From assembly GCF_963550625.1 (NCBI RefSeq), contig NZ_CAUVCV010000005.1:68995-92994 (forward strand): a DNA stretch of 24,000 nucleotides, in the 5' to 3' direction. A model generated the notes under the pieces. The model saw only the letters and a program-made list of their open reading frames with translations. It searched no databases and had not been told where the DNA came from. Origin of the DNA: an uncultured Solobacterium sp. (lineage in GTDB: Bacteria; Bacillota_I; Bacilli_A; Erysipelotrichales; Erysipelotrichaceae). The position numbers and the translations under genes were made by a program. Within the stretch, counting starts at the first letter, position 1. Each line of letters begins with the position of its first letter. Shown in pieces: positions 10,789 to 17,889 of the stretch.

Positions 10789-12327
10789 ATGACATCAAAA
10801 TATTTTGTTGGAATTGATGTAGGAACAAATGAAACAAAGGGTATTTTGATTGATGAAAATGGACGTGAAGTTATATCAGCATATACAGCACATGGTATTG
10901 AGAATCCAAAACCAAATTATTTCGAGCATGATGCGGATGAAGTTTGGTATAAGGATGTTTGCATTATTGCTCAAAAACTAATAAAGCAATCGCAAGTTGA
11001 TCCTAAAGATATTAAGAGTATCGGAATTAGTGCACTGAGTTCAGATTGTCTACCTGTAGATATTGAAGGAAAACCATTACGCAAAGCAATTCTCTATGGA
11101 ATTGATGCACGTGCACTATCCGAATGTCAAGAATTAACCGAAAAATGGGGAAGAGATAAAGTGATTGAGCTTTTTGGCAGACCGTTAGGATCAAGTGATA
11201 TAGCCCCAAAAATTCTGTGGATAAAAAATAATGAGCCGGATGTGTATAGGAAAACACATAAGTTTTTAACGGCATCCTCTTACATAACTTTTAAACTAAC
11301 GGGAAATTATACGATCGATAACTTCTTAGGCCTAGCAAGTTTTAATCCTCTGTATAGACGTGATGGTTCAATTAATGAGCAATATGCAGAAGGAGTATGC
11401 TTGACGGGTCAACTTGCAGACCTTAAAAAGACTACAGATATAGCCGGGTATATTACAAAAGAAGCAGCAAAGGATACTGGGTTTGCAGAAGGAACAGCAG
11501 TAATCACTGGTGGAGATGATTCTGGAGCTGAGGCCATTAGTAGTGGCGTTATGACGCCCGGAGATATGTTAGTACAAATGGGTTCGACTGTGTATATGAT
11601 TTTATGTACGGATAAATTGTATGATGATAATCGCCTATGGCGGGAAGAGTTTATAGTCCCGAATACATATGATATATCTGCCGGAACAAATACATCAGGT
11701 GCTTTAACAAAATGGGTCAGAGATACTTTCTATCCGGATAAAGTTAAAGAACAAGAACAAGGTGGTATTAATGCATACCAAGCTATGATGGAGGATTTAA
11801 AAGAAATTCCTATTGGCAGTGGAGGGTTGGTTGTTTTACCTTATTTTGCAGGAGAGAGAACACCAATTAATGATGCGCATGCAAAAGGAATCATCTTTGG
11901 ATTGAATCTAGCACATACTCGAAAACATATTATGAGAGCAGCATATGAATCCGTATGTTATTCGATTAAACATCACTTTGAAATATTTAAGGAGTTAGGA
12001 ATTCCTATAAACCAGATTATGGTAACAGGTGGTGGCACAAAAAATGAAGTATGGATACAAATGTTATCTGATGTACTAGGAATCAAACTACAGACACCAT
12101 CTGTGACTATTGGCGCAAGTTATGGTGATGCGCTTATGGCAATGATAGGAGTAAATCATATTAAGGATTTTGCGGAAGCAAAAAAGCTAATTGAGACAGG
12201 CAAAGTATATTATCCAAATTTAGAGAACACAAAAAAATATGAACCTTATTATAAGATATACATTGAGCTATATAAAAAGAATAAGGAATTAATGTCTACG
12301 ATGGATGAAATAAATCAACTTGCCTAA
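10789..12327 (+). CDS. FGGY-family carbohydrate kinase (xylulokinase/L-xylulose kinase-like)
   Basis: 512 aa. N-terminal YFVGIDVGTNETKGILID phosphate-1 motif and C-terminal VTGGGTKNEVWIQMLSDVLG FGGY signature. Confidence 0.9.
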   Translation: MTSKYFVGIDVGTNETKGILIDENGREVISAYTAHGIENPKPNYFEHDADEVWYKDVCIIAQKLIKQSQVDPKDIKSIGISALSSDCLPVDIEGKPLRKAILYGIDARALSECQELTEKWGRDKVIELFGRPLGSSDIAPKILWIKNNEPDVYRKTHKFLTASSYITFKLTGNYTIDNFLGLASFNPLYRRDGSINEQYAEGVCLTGQLADLKKTTDIAGYITKEAAKDTGFAEGTAVITGGDDSGAEAISSGVMTPGDMLVQMGSTVYMILCTDKLYDDNRLWREEFIVPNTYDISAGTNTSGALTKWVRDTFYPDKVKEQEQGGINAYQAMMEDLKEIPIGSGGLVVLPYFAGERTPINDAHAKGIIFGLNLAHTRKHIMRAAYESVCYSIKHHFEIFKELGIPINQIMVTGGGTKNEVWIQMLSDVLGIKLQTPSVTIGASYGDALMAMIGVNHIKDFAEAKKLIETGKVYYPNLENTKKYEPYYKIYIELYKKNKELMSTMDEINQLA

Positions 12328-12359
12328 AAATCACACTTCTTATGAGGTGTGATTTTTTT
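12328..12359 (+). terminator. rho-independent terminator (copy T2 of the repeated hairpin)
   Basis: AAATCACACTTC-TTAT-GAGGTGTGATTT followed by T-run, starting at the first base after the kinase stop. Core identical to T1 (1702-1731). Confidence 0.8.
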
Positions 12360-12497
12360 AGGTCATGACACAGACCTAACTGGTAAAGTGTTTTTTCCGA
12401 AAAGTCAAATACCTAACTTGATTAAATGATAGAATATAAGAATATTGACATACTGTAAATCAGAATTGATTTACCAAAAATTGTGGAGGAACAGCAA

Positions 12498-13139
12498 ATG
12501 AAAAAACGTATTGCTTTATTAGTTTATCCTGATTTTAGCTTACAAGAAGTAACTAACCTGATGTATTTCTTTCGGTGGGCTTTTGATACTTTTACGGATG
12601 TTATATATACAGATCTATCTCCTGTTAGGAGTGAAGAAGGAATATTAGTGCAGCCAGTAAAAACGTGTACTAAGTTTTGTAAAGAGGATTATGATTGCTT
12701 GATTCTTCCGGGATGCAGTAATTTAACGCAACCTATACGGAATAAAAAAATAAGAGAGTTTTTAGAGTCATTCGCAAATGATAATACTTTTGTTATTGGC
12801 GCAATTTGTGCTGGTCCAGTATTCTTGGCGCAAGCAGGTTTATTGAAAAATAAAAAATATACTGCTTCGTTATATGCTGAAATGATGGAATTGTTTAGTT
12901 TTGTTGAAGAAGATAATTTCTTGCCACAATCGGTAGTAGAAGATGAAAATATAATCACTGCTGTAGGCAGTGCATTTAACGAGTTTGCAGTACATGTTGC
13001 TAGAAAACTTGGTTATGAATGCCCGGATAAAATATTAAGTGGTTATATGGATTCAGATGATGCTAATGACTATATTCATCATCTAACGGAAGAAGATTTA
13101 CTAGAATTTAAAAAGGAATTTAAAGAATTTATTGATTAA
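12498..13139 (+). CDS. DJ-1/PfpI-superfamily protein (DJ-1-like nucleophile elbow) with acidic C-terminal extension
   Basis: KKRIALLVYPDFSLQEV start and AICAGPVFLAQAG cysteine elbow. GGAGGA at 12485-12490 is 7 nt before ATG 12498, which I prefer over the track start GTG 12483. Confidence 0.8.
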   Translation: MKKRIALLVYPDFSLQEVTNLMYFFRWAFDTFTDVIYTDLSPVRSEEGILVQPVKTCTKFCKEDYDCLILPGCSNLTQPIRNKKIREFLESFANDNTFVIGAICAGPVFLAQAGLLKNKKYTASLYAEMMELFSFVEEDNFLPQSVVEDENIITAVGSAFNEFAVHVARKLGYECPDKILSGYMDSDDANDYIHHLTEEDLLEFKKEFKEFID

Positions 13140-13192
13140 AAGTATGAATGATTATCAGATTTATTATTTCTGTTTATCAAAATATAACTGTT

Positions 13193-13223
13193 AAATCACA
13201 CCTCATGAGAAGTGTGATTTTTT
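13193..13223. repeat. copy T3 of the repeated hairpin, inverted relative to T1/T2; probable terminator
   Basis: AAATCACACCTC-ATGA-GAAGTGTGATTT plus T-run. Its reverse complement differs from T2 by one loop base. On the + strand RNA the stem carries a C-A mismatch. Confidence 0.6.
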
Positions 13224-13250
13224 GCGTCTTCTCTTTAGGTCGTAAAAATA

Positions 13251-13281
13251 TGTATCTTACATTGTAAATTATGCATCTTAG
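13251..13281 (+). promoter_or_regulatory. direct repeat pair, candidate LytTR binding site
   Basis: TGTATCTTA (13251-13259) and TGCATCTTA (13272-13280), 8/9 identical with a 21-bp period. They lie upstream of possible -35/-10 elements GAGACA (13292-13297) and TAATAT (13315-13320). Confidence 0.35.
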
Positions 13282-13353
13282 CGAAAATGGCGAGACAGTA
13301 TGAAATACTTGCGGTAATATCACATTAGAAAAGATACGAAGGGAGAATCGAAG

Positions 13354-13788
13354 ATGAAAGTGAATGTAGAACTATCAAAAGAATTTTCTCCTCCACATGT
13401 AACGATTTATGCGGATGCGATTACGGATGAAGTTCAGAGAGTGATTGATGTACTAGACTCTAAGGATATACCACTGATAGTGCAGAGCGAAGATCGGATG
13501 GTAGTCTTGAAAGCGGAAGAGATATATATGATACGTGTGGAGGGTGGAGACACTGTTATCTATACTGAAAACGAGAGGTATTATTCCCGAAAACGTTTGT
13601 ATGAGATGTTTGAGCAGATCGGGACTGGCTTTATGCAAATATCGAAACAAACTGTTATTAATCTTTCTTGTATAAAAAGTATAGAGACAGGCTTTGGTGG
13701 GACATTATTACTAAAGTTAAAGAATGGTTCTTCTGATTATGTATCAAGAAAGTATCTACCTGATCTAAAAAGATATCTAGGAATTTAA
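13354..13788 (+). CDS. stand-alone LytTR-domain transcriptional regulator (no receiver domain)
   Basis: 144 aa. The C-terminal ~100 aa (IYMIRVEGGDTVIYTENERYYSRKRLYEMFEQIGTGFMQISKQTVINL...SRKY) fit the LytTR DNA-binding domain. AAGGGAG RBS. Confidence 0.85.
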   Translation: MKVNVELSKEFSPPHVTIYADAITDEVQRVIDVLDSKDIPLIVQSEDRMVVLKAEEIYMIRVEGGDTVIYTENERYYSRKRLYEMFEQIGTGFMQISKQTVINLSCIKSIETGFGGTLLLKLKNGSSDYVSRKYLPDLKRYLGI

Positions 13789-13799
13789 GGAGGCAAAAC

Positions 13800-14240
13800 A
13801 TGAAAACAAAGAAACAAACACTGCTATTTAACATATTCATATCAATGGGTATTGCCGCAATGATGTTTATTATCGTTGGAGTTATTATTGATTGTATCTT
13901 CCATGGAAATATGGAGATGACAAATTACGCATTTTCTAAGATGGCTATCGCAACCGTGGTAATTGGACTTGGCTTTGGGATACCTGCAATAGTTTATGAC
14001 AATGAGAAGTTATCACTTTTTACACAGACAATTATTCATATGGGAACGGGTTGTATTGTTATGACTGTTACTGCGTATCTTGTGGGTTGGATTCCTATGA
14101 ATCATGGGCCACTACTAATGATTGCGATACTCGTAGAAGAGATTGCCGTTGCATTTGTTATTTGGTTTCTATTTTATCTACAACAGAAGAAACTGGTAAA
14201 ACAGATGAATCAACGAGTGAAAGAAATAAATAATGAATAG
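13800..14240 (+). CDS. small four-TM membrane protein (DUF3021-like partner of LytTR regulators)
   Basis: 146 aa with four hydrophobic segments and a basic C-terminal tail. AAGGAGG RBS overlaps the LytTR stop, with an 11-nt gap between genes. Confidence 0.7.
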   Translation: MKTKKQTLLFNIFISMGIAAMMFIIVGVIIDCIFHGNMEMTNYAFSKMAIATVVIGLGFGIPAIVYDNEKLSLFTQTIIHMGTGCIVMTVTAYLVGWIPMNHGPLLMIAILVEEIAVAFVIWFLFYLQQKKLVKQMNQRVKEINNE

Positions 14241-14242
14241 TT

Positions 14243-14276
14243 TAACGGTCTATCATAAGTAGGCCGTTATTTTTTA
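14243..14276 (+). terminator. rho-independent terminator
   Basis: TAACGGTCTA-TCATAAG-TAGGCCGTTA followed by TTTTTT. Confidence 0.7.
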
Positions 14277-14339
14277 GTTTGGGATGATAAATTATAATTT
14301 ACGTATTAAGATAGAGAGGTGCTTTTAAGGAGATTTATT

Positions 14340-15923
14340 ATGAAGTGGTATGAGAATGCGGTGTTCTATCATATTTATCCATTAGGATTAACGGATGCAC
14401 CGAAGAATAATGATTATCAAATTACAGAACATCGTTTGAATCAATTGGGTCCTTGGATTAAACATATCAAGGAAATTGGCTGTAATGCACTATATATTGG
14501 ACCATTATTTGAATCGGTTGGACATGGATATGAAACAACCGATTACTATAAGTTGGATTCTAGACTTGGGGATAATGAGGATTTAAAGAAGTTTGTGAAA
14601 GAATGCCATCATCAAGGTATTCACGTAATCTTTGATGGTGTCTTTAATCATACGGGAAGAGAATTCTTTGCGTTTAAGGATATTCAACAGAATCGTGAAA
14701 GCTCTCAGTATAGAGATTGGTATTGTAATGTGAATTTCCAGGGGAATAATGAATATAATGATGGCTTTTCCTATGATAACTGGGGTGGCTATAACTTACT
14801 TGTAAAACTCAATCAACAAAATCCAGCGGTAAGACAATACCTGTTGGATGTGGTGAAATATTGGGTAAGTGAGTTTGATGTGGATGGTATTCGACTAGAT
14901 GCGGCAGATGTATTAGACTTTGGCTTTATGCATGAGTTACGTATGCTGGCGAATGAAATCAAGCCTGAATTCTGGTTGATGGGGGAAGTGATTCATGGCG
15001 ACTATAGTCGTTGGGTAAATCCTGATATGTTACATTCTGTGACAAACTATCAATTATATAAAGCGTTATATTCTGGACATAATGAACATAACTATTTTGA
15101 GATTGCCCATACAGTGCGTTATCTATTAGATAAAGGTAATCTGCCATATCATCTTTATAACTTTGTGGATAATCATGATGTGGAACGTATTTATACAAGA
15201 CTACTCAATAAACAGGAATTTGTACCAGTACATATTTTGATGTATACACTACCGGGTATCCCTTCTATTTATTATGGTAGTGAGTTTGGCATTGAAGGAA
15301 GAAAAGAGAAACATTCCGATGCAGTTTTACGTCCTGCAATTAGCTTGGAAGATTATCCAAATGCAGTAAATGAGAATGGCTGTACCAATATTATCGCAAG
15401 ACTTGGAAAAATTCGACAGAAGAATCCAGTATTTACAGATGGAATTTACCACGAACTACGACTAACAAATCGTCAGTATGCTTTCTCACGTACAAATGAG
15501 ATAACACACGCAATCGTTGTGGTGAATAACGATGAAGCGGATTCATCACTAGAAATCCCAGCAAATGGAACTTATACAGAGCTACTGAGTGGAGAAGTTC
15601 AGTCTGTTGAAGGAAGTCTACACGTTCAATTGCAAGCATGTTCAGGACAAATCTGGATGAAAGACTATGATGAAACAGTAACTAGGAAAAGAGAAGTTAA
15701 GATTCCGGAAGTCAAGCAAGTTGCAGTAAAAGAGGAAGCAATCAAGCAGGCAACTGTCGATCATAGTAAATCTTATGAAGAGATGAGTGTTGAAGAACTA
15801 CAAGCATGTGTTCTAGAAAAACTTGCAAAGAATGGCCCTGTAACAGAACAAATGAAACGTGATGTCGCAAATAATGTTTATCATGATTCATTGGTTAACT
15901 GGGTAAAGAGCTTTAGAAATTAA
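14340..15923 (+). CDS. cytoplasmic GH13 alpha-amylase-family glycosidase with a non-catalytic C-terminal extension
   Basis: GH13 conserved regions DGVFNH, GIRLDAADV, WLMGEVIHG and FVDNHDVER. No signal peptide. AAGGAG RBS 7 nt before ATG 14340 (MKWYEN), which I prefer over the track start at 14319. Confidence 0.9.
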   Translation: MKWYENAVFYHIYPLGLTDAPKNNDYQITEHRLNQLGPWIKHIKEIGCNALYIGPLFESVGHGYETTDYYKLDSRLGDNEDLKKFVKECHHQGIHVIFDGVFNHTGREFFAFKDIQQNRESSQYRDWYCNVNFQGNNEYNDGFSYDNWGGYNLLVKLNQQNPAVRQYLLDVVKYWVSEFDVDGIRLDAADVLDFGFMHELRMLANEIKPEFWLMGEVIHGDYSRWVNPDMLHSVTNYQLYKALYSGHNEHNYFEIAHTVRYLLDKGNLPYHLYNFVDNHDVERIYTRLLNKQEFVPVHILMYTLPGIPSIYYGSEFGIEGRKEKHSDAVLRPAISLEDYPNAVNENGCTNIIARLGKIRQKNPVFTDGIYHELRLTNRQYAFSRTNEITHAIVVVNNDEADSSLEIPANGTYTELLSGEVQSVEGSLHVQLQACSGQIWMKDYDETVTRKREVKIPEVKQVAVKEEAIKQATVDHSKSYEEMSVEELQACVLEKLAKNGPVTEQMKRDVANNVYHDSLVNWVKSFRN

Positions 15924-15947
15924 AAATACCGCAGCTGCGGTATTTTT
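15924..15947. terminator. bidirectional terminator
   Basis: AAAATACCGCAGCTGCGGTATTTT, a perfect palindrome with A/T-runs on both sides, between convergent genes. Confidence 0.8.
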
Positions 15948-15952
15948 AATAT

Positions 15953-16609
15953 TTAGGCTTTACGTTCATGCATTAGAATAAATGGAATCAATAGAACAGC
16001 ACAAGAAATCCAGATGGTTGGATAACCTAACTGTTTGGATATTACACCACCAAGACCAGCACCAATTGCGAATATTACGATAATTCCAAAGTAATGCATG
16101 GATTGGTGAAAGTATGTTTTATCATTTGTACGAAAGAAAGCAGATAATCTTGCGGTAGCACTCTTGATATTACCGATACACATGGTACTAGCATATGTGT
16201 TTCCGTTAACCTTACGGAAAGATTGTACTTGTAAGGCGCAAGAGAATGAAACAAGCATATTTGCGATGTTGTTAAGATTACCAGGAATAAAACCCACGAT
16301 AAATAATGTAATGATTTCAATCAAAATGATATATTGTCTCCAGTGAAGAGAGTGCTTTTCTTTTAGTCTTCCCTGTAGTTGTTCTGCAACGAATACACCA
16401 ACAATAAAGGCAAAGATTGGTAAAAGGTAATTTAAGCTATGACCTAGATTTCCTTCCATCAAGTTCTGTGTCATTAAGACGAGATTGCCTGTTTGTGCAT
16501 TCGCAAAAACACGATTTCGTGTATTAAATGTATAGGCATCCTGCAAGCCTCCACTAAAAGCGAGGAAGGCAGAAGTGATAAATGCGTCTGACATCTGTTG
16601 TTCTTTCAT
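15953..16609 (-). CDS. YoaK/DUF1275-family membrane protein
   Basis: 218 aa, multi-TM. FSGGLQDAYTF and ANAQTGNLVL (TGN motif) are typical of DUF1275. Confidence 0.8.
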   Translation of the reverse strand: MKEQQMSDAFITSAFLAFSGGLQDAYTFNTRNRVFANAQTGNLVLMTQNLMEGNLGHSLNYLLPIFAFIVGVFVAEQLQGRLKEKHSLHWRQYIILIEIITLFIVGFIPGNLNNIANMLVSFSCALQVQSFRKVNGNTYASTMCIGNIKSATARLSAFFRTNDKTYFHQSMHYFGIIVIFAIGAGLGGVISKQLGYPTIWISCAVLLIPFILMHERKA

Positions 16610-16685
16610 AGTTCACCATCCTTCAAACTATTTCTAGAAAGTTCAGTCTAATATTAGGATGAATTGTAAATGAATACAAGACTAG

Positions 16686-16862
16686 TCAATAGAATGTAAA
16701 GGATACCATGTAAGAAAATATTCTGACATTAATTACGAAAATATGGGGAATGCTAAGTATCTAAAACTAGATCAATTAAAATGGAATAAAGATGGTAATC
16801 CAGTAGAGATAACTTTTGGATATCAAGACTACATTATTACAATTGCAAATCAAAATGAGTGA
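16686..16862 (+). pseudogene. possible 3' remnant of a degraded gene
   Basis: 58-codon open frame ending ...YLKLDQLKWNKDGNPVEITFGYQDYIITIANQNE*. It has no convincing RBS. The L-x-W-x-x-DG-x-P ending resembles C-termini of some glycoside hydrolases. It sits in an unusually long 362-nt intergenic region. Confidence 0.25.
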
Positions 16863-16971
16863 TAAATCCTAATAATGGCTAAGCGTGTAGCTTAGGATAT
16901 GGTTACTATTGTAGGTAATCTGTCAATATAATACAATTTGTTGTATAAATAAATTCATTAAGAGATATATT

Positions 16972-17778
16972 ATGTATGATGCAAAAAATAGTCAAATTAA
17001 ATTTTACGATGACACAATCAATTATGTTTCATTTGGTTATGGAAACAAGAATTTATTATTGATACCAGGTTTGAATACCGAGCGAATAAAAGGAAAAGCT
17101 TTACAACTTGCTTTTTTCTATAGAAATTTTTTGAGAGAATATAAAGTTTTTATATTTGACCATAAAGAACATATCAATGAGAATTATGAGATAAGTGATA
17201 TGGTGGAAGAAATTGCTTATTGTATAAAAAAGTTGAATATAGATAAAGTAGATGTTGTAGGGGTATCTCAAGGGGGGATGATTGCACAACTATTAGCTAT
17301 AAATTACCCTGATATTGTTGACAAACTAGTATTAGTGGCAACTACATCAAGAAATAATCCTACAACAAACAAGGTCATAGATAGATGGATTGTTCTAGCT
17401 GAAAATGGTAAGTTACAAGAACTGCAAAAAAATATGATTGAAACGGTTTATTCAAAAGGATATATAGCAAAAAATAAGTGGTTATCTATATTAGTACAAA
17501 TTCTAACTAAGCCAAAATCAGATCAACTTAATAGATTTATTATTTTAGCTAAATCATGCTTAAAATTTGATGTTTTTGATAAATTAGATAAAATTCAATC
17601 TAAAACTCTGGTTATAGGTGCTGCATTAGATCAAGTTATACCAGTAAAATTTTCTAATGAACTTGCTGAAAAAATGAATTGTCAGAAAATTATTTTTGAA
17701 AACTCTGGTCATGCAGTACATCAAGAAGTTTCTGATTTTAATAGAATAGTTTTAAATTTTTTGAGAAATAGTAATTAA
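16972..17778 (+). CDS. alpha/beta-fold hydrolase
   Basis: 268 aa. Nucleophile elbow GVSQGG and C-terminal SGHAVHQE histidine block. Visibly more AT-rich than its neighbours, with a weak RBS. Confidence 0.8.
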   Translation: MYDAKNSQIKFYDDTINYVSFGYGNKNLLLIPGLNTERIKGKALQLAFFYRNFLREYKVFIFDHKEHINENYEISDMVEEIAYCIKKLNIDKVDVVGVSQGGMIAQLLAINYPDIVDKLVLVATTSRNNPTTNKVIDRWIVLAENGKLQELQKNMIETVYSKGYIAKNKWLSILVQILTKPKSDQLNRFIILAKSCLKFDVFDKLDKIQSKTLVIGAALDQVIPVKFSNELAEKMNCQKIIFENSGHAVHQEVSDFNRIVLNFLRNSN

Positions 17779-17889
17779 GAATTTAACTTTTCACTTGCAC
17801 ATAGCTTAGCATTCACTAACCCTTTGAGGGAGGTATATTGAAAACTGTACTTTTAACCATTAAAATAGAAAGGCAGGAGGTAAACACGA

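Noticed and set aside
12445-12473. TTGACA at 12445-12450 as the -35 of the DJ-1 gene promoter
   Set aside because: The hexamer 17 nt downstream (GATTTA) is a poor -10. An extended -10 TGaTAGAAT at 12427-12435 is an alternative but lacks a -35. Neither was strong enough to report.
12483-12497. GTG 12483 as start of the DJ-1-like gene, and similarly 14319 for GH13 and TTG 7155 for the esterase
   Set aside because: For the DJ-1-like and GH13 genes the upstream start overlaps or precedes the GGAGG-type RBS, which is correctly spaced for the internal ATG (12498, 14340). For the esterase I preferred ATG 7161, which overlaps the kinase stop (TAATG), over the non-ATG start TTG 7155.
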